Under the pieces are notes generated by a model. The model was not told where the DNA came from. It saw only the letters and a list, made by a program, of their open reading frames with translations, and made no database searches. A stretch of 64,000 nucleotides of DNA, taken from the NCBI GenBank assembly GCA_002633005.1, contig NMRA01000596.1, positions 63,494 to 127,493 on the forward strand, read 5' to 3'. Position 1 is the stretch's first letter. Each line of letters opens with the position of its first letter. Origin of the DNA: Phoronis australis. Lineage: Eukaryota > Animalia > Phoronida. Shown here one piece after another: positions 23,859-36,415 of this stretch. The translations under genes and the position numbers were made by a program.

Positions 23859-26468
23859 CAGTCAAATTGGGGGTGCTTTGGTCGTCAGCACTGGTTCATC
23901 AAAAACGCAGTGCTGTCATCAGATTACAGAGCTTTGTTCTAGCAACAAGTACGTGTATATCAAAACACGCGAGTTGGCATTTGGCGATTAGGGTCCGTCG
24001 CATTACACGGTTATTACATTTAGCGCGGTGTGGCGTATGTGACTGATGTTTAGGATTCCTATATTATTCAGCACAAAAATACATGTATGGTGCGACATTC
24101 TTAAAAGTATGTTTCCATGTAAAAACCGTACGGAAATCAAAACGTTTGTGTCATTGAAAAAAGACATACTGTGTACATTTGTACGCATGTTGACCCACAG
24201 TGCATTGCCGCATTATTTCCACTCCTTTGCTTTGACTGTTATGACCTAGATGTCCTGCCAAGAAGAAAACATGTTCAGAATGATATTTTTTAACGAAGAG
24301 GTGCTGCCTTGTAAAAAATGTGGGCTGCGAGTTCCTTCGAGTTATTGCTACTTCGAAGCCAAAATTAATGCGTTCAATCACGTGTGTCTAACACGAGAGT
24401 GCCAGTGTTTTTCTGAACATTCCAATGGCAGTCCACAGTCATTTCCAGCAGTCCCTGTTGGTCCAAAATTTCATATTTGTTTTCATGCAATCGTAAAGGC
24501 CAATACAAACCTACCGGGTAACAGCTCTTCACATATACTCATGTAGCAGAGAGGTTGAATCTAATTTCTTTACAATGATACTGTACGTAAACTTAATGAC
24601 ATGTTAGTGCCGAAAGATTTTGTGGCACATTATACGTTTGGTAAATGACGTGTTTTTAGCAGAATACACGGATTTAAAAAGTAGCTCTTTTACAATTACT
24701 TGGTGTTTGTTGTGTTATTCTAATGTTGTAATATTCACTTTGTAAAAATTTTGCTCAGATTTGAACCATTTAATTTACAATTTATCATGTCGTAGTGTTC
24801 TTAAAATGTTTCTATTAAATCGTGAAATATTAATGTTGTTGTATTTTGAGTATTTTAAGATGTTTACCCTATTAGTTGAGAACATGTTGCGTTGTTATAA
24901 TGTTGAAATATTCCTTCTGCCGATCGCTGTGTTATAGTACTGCTGGGAAATTTGTTTTAGCAATAAAATGACTTTACTCATTAATTTTGTCAATTTATAA
25001 ATGTCATCCATTAATCACATAATTAAACAGCTATCGGCTTTGTGCCTCGTTCAATATGTTCATACTGACCCCGTTGAAATTCGATATTTGTACAGTATCG
25101 GAATTAACACGGAATTCTGAGTTTGTTGAAGACTTGGAACTCACAATTTAAATCACACTGAAATTTTGGCCGATACTGCTGCAGTATTCTAATTTGTCGT
25201 TGACTTGTTATTGACTATGCCATGTCTGTGGCGTGTTAGAGTGAAAAGCTTTTGACCATTGAGTTTTCGTTAAATAGAGGATATTTCACAACATTTCATG
25301 AATTGTTTACCACCATCACCCCGTCAAATTGGCACCGTTATGCAATTGGTCAAATGCCTTCACATAAAAATACCTAACTTGTCGAAATGCCTGTGAAGGA
25401 AAGTGGTTAAGCGGCCCGAATGAGGCAGTGATCATTTCTTTCTGGGTTTTGCCTGGCAGTGCACACAACACTGGAATAATTAACAGATTTTTCGTATGGC
25501 CGCTGTCTAGAGTAACGAGAGGGCGAAAGCAACTTCCGCATGATCACGACTCAGATTCGGAAGACATAAATTCAGTTATTACATCGTGGTTCGTTAATAT
25601 AAAGACAGAGGAACGGATCCAACTGCTGGCATGTCAACCCCTCCCAGTAATAGATTAGCTTAAATTCATTAACTAAAGTAATTTTAGCATTTTGACATAG
25701 GCTGGGATCGAAATTCTGCTGCTTTATCAGTCGCCGCAGCTACTCCGATGACTTCGCAGGTCGCGGGGCCTTTTTCGCAATGGGAACATGATGTCCTTTA
25801 TCTGTGGATATTGCAAAAGTATTCAATATGACATTTGTTCACCCCTCCCCCGCTCAGCAGTGGAAATATCCCGGCACTGTGGTGGCAGGAAACGTACTAA
25901 AACGCTCTTTATACCGTAGATTGAAGCCTTCCGTCCTCCGTCCTCATTACATGGGGTCTGCAGGTAACGCAGAACGCCTGTCCACGCAAAAGCTGATCGT
26001 CGTCTGGCGGTTACTTCGAAACTCAGCTTTTAACGCCCTTTTCCATTCTGTCAAAGACCAAATTAACCAAAGAGCTTCACGTGACCACAAAAAATTACAG
26101 TGTTTCATATTTTCGGCACCTTCTATATTTCGATCCGTGTGGATGATTAAAGGGACAGAAAAAGCCCCACCTCTTGCTCAATCATGTCATAATTTGAGAA
26201 AGCGACACAAATGTTTCTTTAACCAGAATTGCGGAGGAATCAAATGCTGGAGGGTTTCTCTAATCACACAGGAAACATGGAGGTCCCGCCGACATGGTTA
26301 CAGGATGAAAGGACTGGAGCAAAGCCCATGCCCTATGTATCAAACTCAGTCGCGCATATTGCGGCGGTGTTAATACGCAGTAGATACCCGACACCTTCTT
26401 TTAATGTTTAAAAACATTATAGGGATTATATGTCCTACAGACAAGTACGTTTGTCGTCCTATTATGNC

Positions 26469-26474
26469 TTTATT
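26469..26474 (-). terminator. Candidate poly(A) signal of paralogue B
   Basis: AATAAA on the minus strand ~37 nt after the stop codon; conserved in copy C at 45522-45527. Confidence 0.6.
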
Positions 26475-26510
26475 GCAGTTGTCACACCGAGACGCGCAAT
26501 TACCAGTCAG

Positions 26511-26674
26511 TTAATTTGTACATATGAGTGGACCCAGGGTTATTTTTGTAATTTCGTTTGATCCATCGATGTCCCCCTGATAAAATTTGATGAGCGGGAG
26601 ATCATCTTTTGATACAATGTAGCCTTGGTCGACCAGCCATTCCGAAACATTGGCGTCACAGTTGCAATCCTTAC
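26511..26674 (-). CDS. Paralogue B exon 6 (C-terminus)
   Basis: GKDCNCDANVSEWLVDQGYIVSKDDLP..GD..LGPLICTN* matches the CNCDA..W..D.G....K..LP....GD....LGPL.C signature of the Caspr/neurexin IV fibrinogen-like region. Confidence 0.92.
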
Positions 26675-28401
26675 CTGAAAGAAAGCGATACAAATCAAAG
26701 GTTCTCACAAAATCAAAACCTTTGACAAACAGTATTCATATTCTAGCTGTCTCTTTCATTTGAATGTAGTGTGTGCGTTCATTGGGTAGAATCAGAGAGC
26801 AGTGACTGTTTGAACACACTCCGGGTTTCCTTTGTTTTCACCCATTTCGTCTCAGTTTATAGAAAGCGACGGTCATTTTGTTTCTGCAGTAAGGGGAATT
26901 TAGTAAGGTTTTAGTTATGAAAAAAGAAATGTCTTTTTGAAAGAGCGTCATTACGTTTCTACTAGTTTAAAAATTGACTTCTGGAACGTAGTTTTTAGAC
27001 TTTAAAGACTAAAGTCAAGCGGAAAGATTATCTTTAAACATTACTTTCTATTTTCCCAACGCTGTGTCTAAGGCTCTATGAAAGAATAACTACATTTTGG
27101 GGCGAACAATATAGTTACTCCTGCAAAACATTTAGCCATTAAGAGGTGGATTGAAGGAGAATGTCACCCGATTCATTTCGTTTTTTATGGTTTTAATCGG
27201 TCTATATCCACATAACCTCGTACATGTATATGGTCGATCTCACCCTGCCAAAAAGTGTCGTGTTAACCTGTGAGTAAGGTGAGTATACGACACAACGACG
27301 TCAGTGGTTCTTCAGCTGAATGTGAGCTGCTATGACTTGCCGTATTGATTCCGCTAGTGCGAACGGTGACGCTTCGAGGAAAGCAGGTATATAGTTTTTT
27401 CGATTTTCTCGAGAGCCTGAAATGCTTCAGAAGTGGTTTGCGGCAGTAAAGAATGAATAGCACGCCGTTAATACCAAGTATGAGGCCGTGAAATATCTCG
27501 TGTCTGAGGCAGGCATTGCTCTCTTTCAAAATGAGTCAAGTGCTTAATAAAACTGAAGCAAAGTGTCTCGAAAAACTGTGTCAGTAGACAATTTGTAATG
27601 CCTTTGGAGTGTTTGTGAATACAAATGCTTTGTGAAACCAACAATGAATACATGCAAATCATACTAGGTTACCAGCTTCAGACGCAATAAAACTAATTGA
27701 TAGGGCACCGAGGTCGTGTGACCGTTTGCTATTTTATTATTTTCTGACAAAAAGCTGTTGTGAAACAATAACTCGATTTTATATGCTATGGACAGATGTT
27801 GAAGGAATCTTTATTTAGATATATCCACGTGTATATTATTCGAACCATTGTACACCTTTGCCCTGTACGGTTCATTGGAAGGGGAACCTCAGGCTTAGCG
27901 GCCCCTGACGGGTAAGTAGATTTTTGCAATGTCGCGGCCTTTTTATCATAAATTTCAGGAGCATATTATTTCATTGGTTCACTGGTCTAGTCTTTTCGCG
28001 ACTAGAAGTTTAATTTTCAACCTTGGCAGCCGACTAACCCTGCTGGTTTATATTCGTGATGTCTCCAGTCCGTCCACCTGCGACGTGGGCCTAATCGGGT
28101 TCCGAGTCACTGGGTTACAATGAGCATTTTGTATGTTTACAGTGTAGAACTGAAAAAATTCGTAAGTCTAAAATTTCAACACACGGCTATGCTGTCTTGT
28201 CTGTATTTCTTGGAAGAATAATTCTAAATTACCACGGAACAGATTCAAACTTCCCGCGACCGACCTCGGTAAGTTAGCCTACCGAACTCTGTACGCTTCG
28301 GGCGTTCAAAATTTCTATTAATCCGTAACAGCAAAATAAAACAGCTCGTATTCCTAAGGGATTTGTATCAAATTTTGATGATTTATTGGTGTGCAATAAA
28401 T

Positions 28402-28479
28402 TGACACCACTAAGCGTGTTGTGATCTGCTGAACAGATCATTGCTTAATTCCAGCACCTCCGTCTGAGGTATGGTGTCA
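28402..28479. repeat. Second copy of the mini-MITE seen at 11465-11566
   Basis: 8-bp TIR TGACACCA/TGGTGTCA and a shared core. Confidence 0.55.
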
Positions 28480-28866
28480 GATAAAAGAACTGAACTAACT
28501 GTTATCTTGTGGAACTATTCGTTCTAAATTGATACAAAATACGTTTTTAGTGTCAATCTAGAACGATAATAAGTGTGCACCACGAGTTATTTTTAAGAAC
28601 TTCTTGCTAGCACAGGAAAGGAAAACAGTAGTGGCAATTGAAACGCCACTTTCTCAAGAAAAACACATACTAACGTCCTTGTTACTTGAAACCAAGCGTA
28701 ATGTTGGGATACAAAAAGAAAGTTTAAGCGACACTTGAGAGTTTACTTGCAAAATATTCACATTTATTCTAAAAGATTTTCTCACGCGCCAAAAATATTG
28801 CTTCGATAAGTGTATCAGTTTGCTAACCCAAGCGAATTTTCATCTCTTGCTGAAATTTCAACCTAC

Positions 28867-29140
28867 CGCTTCTGCAAGAGTTGTTCTTTTTGCAGTGACA
28901 CCCCACGGTTGCGGCGTCTACCCAGTACATCAGCTTCACGTTACTTCGACCATACCACCAGGAGAAGTACGTATTCGAGTTTCTCCACCCAAAGGAGGCG
29001 TGACAGTCTCGCTTTAAATGCTGCTTGCACTCGGTTGAAGTCTCCATCACTGCGCCTATCTGATCCATAGTTGGACCATACGTCACTTGGAACACTAATT
29101 TGGGAGTTTGAGTTCCTAACTTGAAAGTCATCTGTGTCTC
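28867..29140 (-). CDS. Paralogue B exon 5
   Basis: ETQMTFKLG..ECKQHLKRDCHAS..SWWYGRS..YW..CHCKKNNSCRS; 274 nt, one codon shorter than A and C. Confidence 0.92.
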
Positions 29141-29464
29141 CTGAAATAGAATTTATCGAAATGGGTTGCACATATTGTTAAGGCAGAAACAGCGATTTTA
29201 AGGCAAAGTTAAAATTGGTATTTAGCTGTGGCGAATTGGTCAACCGAAGCAGTCAATATGTTCTACTTATTTTGTCTACGGAGTAATTTCACAAATTAGG
29301 ATTGCTTTTCAACTGTGTAAAAAATTATTTGTCTCAATGCCAAGGTAGCCTACTCAGATAATTTTGGCTAATCAGAACATGTCACAAAATATCTTTATAC
29401 GAGTGCATATCAGTTAGCTGGTTTTACGTATGAGACAACTCTTACGATAACATCAGGGGTTTTG

Positions 29465-29555
29465 CTACCTTAACGCCTAACCAAGACTACCTTAACGCCT
29501 AACCAAGACTACCTTAACGCCTAACCAAGACTACCTTAACGCCTAACCAAGACTA
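29465..29555. repeat. Perfect 22-bp minisatellite x4
   Basis: (CTACCTTAACGCCTAACCAAGA)4 followed by CTA. Confidence 0.95.
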
Positions 29556-29862
29556 AGCCAGGGTGTGACTAACCCGTCTTAATTCACAAACTAGTGTTCG
29601 TTACTTAGCCGCGATGCTAAAGAGAATCTATGAACTACATGTAATTCATCTTATAATGCCTCGACTTGATAATATTTTCTTTTCAAAAACAGTCAAGTTT
29701 GTCCTTTGCCTTATGCATGGTTCGGTGTTTCTAATTTTATTTTTATTTTTTTTTTTTAATTTGAAGCTCGTACGCTAAACGGAAGCAAGCTTATGGAATA
29801 GACAGTAGGCCTAGATAGGCGTATATATTGTTTTCTTTTGTTTTTTTTATAATAAAGATAAT

Positions 29863-30485
29863 GGTAAGCATTTATCGGTAACCAGCTGATGTGCGCCGAA
29901 GGTATGATATCCGTGCGACCTGCACTGTTATGTCCAACAAAGACACAACAATGGAAAACAATGGTATTGCCCCATTGGCAATAACCATGCGACGCCCGTT
30001 GCATGGATCTCGTACATGTATGTTAAACAATAGCTTGCGACATCTATACGATGTCATTTGGCATGGGGCTATGACCGCAATTATCTCAAACAGCACGTTA
30101 AGACAAGCCCTTGAATAGCGACCACTGTAGTTCACTTCAATCCGTGACGGCGCCATCAAGCCATGTGCCGAGGACTTGCCTGAGGCACACGGTTCCCGTT
30201 CTATCGTCCAATCTTGTTAGCGTAAGATTGCCTAGCCTGGGTGCACGCATAATGGCAACCCAAAGGAAACTAGGTCGTATGCTCATAGGGGTATACAGTG
30301 GCAAGCATTTATTGGTAACCGAATGATGTGAGCCCAACTGCGTTGTTTTATCAAACAAAGGAAAACAATGGCAGTGTCCCATAGGCGATAACCACGGCAT
30401 GCGAATCGCGCTTACGCCCGTCGCATGGATCTCGCAAGTTAAACAATACCTTGCGACTTCCATACGACAGCATTTGATATGGGAA
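29863..30485. repeat. Degenerate ~200-bp direct repeat pair (29863-30060 and 30300-30476)
   Basis: Both blocks share AAGCATTTAT.GGTAACC, GGAAAACAATGG, GCATGGATCTCG and GTTAAACAATA.CTTGCGAC; they are absent from the equivalent intron of copy C. Confidence 0.75.
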
Positions 30486-31901
30486 TACGCAGAACGCCTG
30501 ATAAAGCTGCAGCGCTACCCCAAGTTTAGAGCAGCGCCAGAGCTAATCCAGCTTGCAAATACTACATGTTCTGTGTTCTAATGGCCAGGATGTATCGTTT
30601 GTGATCTATGGACCAGGATGACGGACGTATTCGAGAATTTTTGAATTAGCCCAAAATATAATCCAGCGGGTGCTCCGTGACAAAGTTGAAGAATTTCCAC
30701 CATGGGGCTGAAATCTAGAGCCACGGAGTATACCGATCTCGCGACTTTTCGAAGGCAATAATGGTGAACGAAAACGCGCAACCAGAATTGTTGCAATATT
30801 CGTACAGACGTGGAAAAGATTCATGGAAAGGAACGTCGGCTCGTGGACGAATCTTTAAAAATTACAACAAATTAAGCCCGAAAATATTTTAGTCATTTCC
30901 GGTTTTCTTTTAATACGTACTCAGTATAATTAGTTATTGTTCTGTGCTCAAACATAAAAGTATTACGGGTTACGCGTCTGTTGTTCCATGCTCGAGTACA
31001 CAAACGTAGTGGCTTACGGAGAGAACTTTTTGCACTTGATGACTCTGGCATTAAGTGTAAAAATTCGAGTCAGAACTCGAAATTTCGACATTTTACTCGA
31101 ACTCTAAAGATTTGATTCCGTCTTGTAGCTTGCATCTAGGGTTCATCAAGTGCAAACTTGGACGGGAAACGCTTGTAAGTCCTAATGGACTCGAGCACTC
31201 AACAACAGACATTTATCTTGAGTTCTGACAAAAGTAGATTAGAAAATGTAAAAAATAGTTTCGAGTTCGATTTCGAGTACAAAGATTAGTATCCGAGCCT
31301 AGGTGCCTTGTAAAGTGTCTTCACGAAACCACGTGATGTTTAAAGTCGTCATGCATTGGCGGTATACTGATAGCAAACGCGACCCTGTATGTCCGTAACT
31401 TTTTACACTAGCGATGTGGTATGAGCCGGTCCGGGGGATAAAACTGAACTGGATTGGGGTCTCTCAAACATGCAATGTGAATTCAACTGAAGGTTTAAAT
31501 TTATCATATTCGTATGTCATAATAGTCTCCTACTTCATTCCCGACATTAGCAATTTTCAATGCATCATTTGCCGTGTCAATTATTGTTTGAGAGTTGACA
31601 CTGACAGGTTTTCTTTTCAAGGAGTAAAAGCAGCGGACGACGTCGGGAACAACGATTTTTGTGATATATTTTTAAGTCAAACTACATGTAAGTCACACGT
31701 CATACCTCGTCTGCTCGTTAAATGCCAGTCGCGGCAAAACGTGTAAAAAGTTATTGAGAGACTGGGACACTTGTTTGCGTTTGCCATACTTAATATTGGC
31801 AGTGACACTGTATAAATTATATAAATCGAAAATTTGCGGTCTTTATACTGAATTAGCCAACTCCAGAATAACAAGGTAGTGTTTGATGACATAAGTCAAA
31901 C

Positions 31902-32056
31902 CTTGTTGTGATGAAACACCGCACTAGGAGGTGACGTCGACATATCGCAATGAACAAGAAAGGGGTCAAGGCCACTGTTGTTGTCGTCTGGGTCGATTAG
32001 GTAGTCATCGCTGTTAGTGAAACCCCCATTTTTATATCCGGAGCAGGATGTCGCGT
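31902..32056 (-). CDS. Paralogue B exon 4; not represented in the ORF track
   Basis: (Y)ATSCSGYKNGGFTNSDDYLIDPDDNNSGLDPFLVHCDMSTSPPSAVFHHNK; ttgcag acceptor, AAG|gtttga donor; 155 nt. Confidence 0.92.
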
Positions 32057-32602
32057 CTGCAATTAAAAGCATTGTGTTTCAAATCTATATACAGCATTCT
32101 AAATACAATTTTGTAGCATTGTGAGAGCAAAAACGCACCTTTGGCTTGGTGTGCAAGCCGGGATGAAATAACAGGGACGATAATCAATTTAATTCGTGAC
32201 CTCTCATTTTGAGACAATGGATCAATTTTCTTAGAATAGCCCACCTAGCATAGCAAGGGCCTTTTGACAGCATGATGGTTTCGAAGAACTTATAAGATAT
32301 GTTGGAAAGTATCGCACTGCATTAAGTCAAACAACAATGCAGAGCGCTGTCCACCAACTAACCTATCGCCACCTAGCGACAGGAATTATTTCATCACGTC
32401 GCAATTCCACCTGCCTTTGGTTCTGTAGTGTAACATAAGCACTGCCTCTATTAAAGCAGCATTAAGCCCGTGCTTAAATAAAAACCGAATGCAAGTTTTG
32501 AATTAGGCCGCTTGCCTTTGTAATATCGGATTCAAATTGTTCGTTAGGCAACGTAGGCGTGCATTTCTTTTTTGTGTTATTGCAATAGGGTCAAAGTCTT
32601 AC

Positions 32603-32766
32603 AGTGAGTGGTAAACGTTGTTTCAGTAACCGCTGTGTTTACTCCAAACGGTCTTGCGTTCGTTGCAGTGATCCTTATCACGTATTCAGTAAACGGAAGT
32701 AGTTGATCAATGGTGTTATCAACTGACATTCCTCGTCCATGGTCATAGACACCGTTTGCGAACGAG
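32603..32766 (-). CDS. Paralogue B exon 3 (FN3 C-half)
   Basis: SFANGVYDHG..IDQLLPFTEYVIRITATN; 164 nt, T|gtaaga donor. Confidence 0.92.
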
Positions 32767-33789
32767 CTGCAACAGATAAATACGAAAAGATTCTTCATAT
32801 TCGCATGCATGCTTCATCACACACCACTTAACTCCATTTGATGACAATGTTTTATCTATCCATTATCCGGGACACCGACGTCTTGTCTAAGACATTAAAG
32901 CCTATGCTAGATCACTTAAAGGGGCAATTAACCCAAGTTTAGTCGACTTTTGACTTAACCCAGTAACCGCTCTAAAATTGGCTTCAACATGTTACTCAGA
33001 CAGAAATGCAGTTTAGTCATGCAGAAGAAACTGACAGTTTGTTACCGCTCCAGATTAACGACAGGCGAAGACATTGAAACATCATGACACCAGTCCAATC
33101 GTAAAACCTTTTATCGAGCAAAAATGGGCAGTTCACTTCTTTGAAGCACTAAAATCACAACAATTTTGACTAAAAAGGACCAATTTGAGAACCCCCTCGT
33201 AACGGCAGGTGGTCTGCTGAGTCAAAGGTTAGTTTCGGTGATGGTCGAAGGCGTGCTTACAGCCTGAAAACTTGGAAGGAAATCGTGTTTTGCTGCCGGT
33301 TTTAACTCCCATACGTTTGGTGCAATGAACTCAAAAGATCCACTTTGCAAACCTTGTGAAATCGGGGAGCGTGACTACCGATTTTTGCGGGTTAATCCGG
33401 GAATTGTGGGAAAGGCAGTGGCTCCTCGAAGTGACCTCGTGACTCACTTCCTTGCAAAACCGCTTTTCTTCCATTTTCTCGTTTTTGGGATATTTTATTC
33501 CCGATTCCTGATACATAGTGCTATATAGGAAAATTCGAAGACTACAGAACAGATCATTCTAGTATCTTTTTAGACTTGCGTTTCTCTAGCCTTACCAAGG
33601 GTAAAGATTTTTGGCGCTTCAATAATACACTTTTAAAAGATGACGAATATATTAAAAAGTGAAAGAAGTTATTCATATCACGAAAGATACGCTCTTTTTC
33701 CTTATAGTAGGGACAACACGTTAAATCTTTCTCCAGGTATGTTGCAATTTACTATAAATGACCAATATTTTTTTTTGAAATATTATTAC

Positions 33790-36415
33790 ATAATATTAGA
33801 CGTATGACAATTCCGTATAGTGTCGGGTAGAGAGATAGGCGTATTTAGAAATTGAAATAAAAATTCTACACGAGTCTTTGTCAGCTGGTTTTGATGCAAA
33901 TTTGCAAAAGCATTTAAAGGACTGTTCACAAGAACTGAAAAATTTTCGTAAAGAATACATGGAGGGAGTTATATTAAGATCTAATGCGAAGTGGATTGAA
34001 GATGATGAGAAACCTACTACGCAATATTTCTATGGCTTTGAAAAATGAAACTATACATAAAAAGTGACCATTACTAAAGTAACTGACAGTAAAAATGAAA
34101 ACATTTCTTTATAAAAGGCCGTTTTAAATGAAATTCATGAATTTTACAGTTCCTTTAATTGTTTAGTCAGTATCCCATGACAATTTTATCGGATTTACAG
34201 AGAGAGCATTTAGAAGGGAAAACACAGAAGAAATTACGCGTATTTTGAATGAAATGAAGAGTGGGAAAAGCTTAGGAAGTGCCGGGTCCACGGTTGAATT
34301 TAACAAGTTTGTGGAACAACATTTCACACTTTGTCTTAAGTTTTTTTCAACATAGCTTTAACTGCGGACAATTGTCTCCAAACCAACTACACGGAGTTAT
34401 AAAATTGCTGCCTCAGGGTGAATTACTTTACTAAACATAAGTTACAAACTTCTGTCAGCTTCTATAGCTGACAGGATATATCCTGTTTTAGATTATTTGA
34501 TTCATGAGAACCAAAACGATTTTAGAGGGAAGATATATTGGGGGAAATACTAGGTCTATTTAACATCATACAATGCAATATGCAGAAGAAAATAATGTCC
34601 CTGGTCGTCCTTTGATGGTCGATTTTGAGAAAGCTTTCGACTCTTTGTCATAGAAATTTCTCCACGATGCATTAACGATTTCTTAATTTTGGCAAAGATA
34701 TACAAAGTGGATACGTATTCTCCATGGGACTGTATATTACAAAATGGGATGCCATCAAAGACTTTTAGGGTTTGTAAGCAAGTAGACCCTGTGCATAGAA
34801 ATACTGGGTTTGATGACTAGACTTAACAGTAATATAAAAGGTAACACAATAAATAACACTCTTCAATTTAAAAATCTGCAGTGCTCAGGCGACACTGTCA
34901 TGGTTCTGGATGGGTCAGAATACAATACTTAAATGTAATTTAAACTTACTTGATCAGTATGAAAATTCTTAGGTCGTAAACCAAGTATCGAAAAACTCAG
35001 TGCTTACATGTATGGATTGGTTCCAAGAAACACTGTGAGACCGCCTTATGCTCTCAAAGAAATTTAAGATGGACCTGTGAAACTTTTACCGTATTGGGAA
35101 TTACACACAGCGTAGACTTGGAAAACATTTCAAATTTAAACTACGATGAAAAAGGAAAAAAATGAATAAAACAATGAATGCTCGTCAAGACGTAGCCTTA
35201 CGCCGCTTAGGAGGGTTAAAGCGGTAAGAAATATTGTATTACCAAAAATAAACCAATATGTTTATCACAATCCAGTCTCCTTCCCAAGCCTTTATAAAAT
35301 ATTAGACCAAACGTTTTTTAAAATTATTTTGGGACAGAAAGTGATAGAATAGGTAGAAAGGATTATGACAGTCGAGGATGTAGAATGGTACACTTGGCTT
35401 CTTACATAAAGGCATTGGAACGTATGTGGCTCCGTAGATTAATAAATGCAAAACAAACTTATGGATATGTTTGGACTGAAGCATTTTGGGAAAAAATAGA
35501 CTCCTATGGCGTTTGGGAGATGACTGTTGTGATGTGATCTCCTCCCAAATTAAAATTATGTTCTGGATGGAAATCGTTTCCATCTTGAAAGAATTTGTTT
35601 CATTGACCCAGGGAACTTCGGCGATCTTCGACAATCTCATTCATCAACCGCTCTGGTATAACTCCTCAATCAGAATTGACAAAAAGTCAGTATTTTGTAA
35701 GTCGTGGAATGATAGAGGAGTAAGATTTGTATATGATGGAATTTTTCTAGATTATGACGTTTTTTGTAAAACGTTTTCATTTAGACCTATGTTAACTTTT
35801 TGTGGGCTTTGGAAAGCAATACTGCCTGCCTGGGTCGCTGATAGAAATTCAAATACTACAGTTGTGCTACCTCTACCTTATTATCCGGAAGTGCTAAATC
35901 AGATAAAAAAATTAAGAAGAACGGATGCACATGTAGATCAATGTATGATATATTTATCCGTAATATGAACACAGCACCGATCTCACAGGATAAATGGATT
36001 TCTGAGATAAGTAATGAGTTAACTATGTGTTGGAAAAACAGTTTCTAATGTTTGTAATGTTTCTTTAGATGTTAAATTGAGATGGTCCCAGTTTCGACTA
36101 CTTCATAGATTATTATGTACAAATACATATTTTTATAAAGTAAGCGTCTCTGATTCTTGCGCTTGAACATTTTGTGATTAAGCCCCATCTATTAATGTTT
36201 TTGTGTATGTTTTGAAAAAGAATTGTCTCACAGCGAAATATATTCTTCGAAAAAAATAGGCACGGGTTGATAGATTTAGAAATAGATTGTTAAAATTTGC
36301 TCACATTATTGAAAACTAAACGACCATTGAATGGGTGCCTGAGTGTACATATATGTGTATATTGTGGTTTACATTAGTGTTACTTATTAATAATAATTGT
36401 ATATAAATAAAAAAT
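33790..36415 (+). mobile_element. Degenerate Tx1/L1-clade LINE ORF2, 5'-truncated, in intron 2 of copy B only
   Basis: GVILRSNAKWIEDDEKPT (~33965-34020); MKSGKSLGSAG; LLNISYKLLS..DRI..LIHENQ; DFEKAFDSL (34621); decayed YADDT (CSGDT); KLRWSQFRLLHRLLCTN; A-rich 3' end. Many stops and frameshifts. Confidence 0.88.

Noticed and set aside
25804-26373. 189-aa plus-strand ORF
   Set aside because: No recognisable domain and a non-ATG start. The partly homologous flank of copy C (~44650-44900) has indels that do not preserve the frame.
29465-29555. CRISPR-like regular repeat
   Set aside because: Head-to-tail identical 22-mers with no spacers in a eukaryotic intron: a minisatellite.
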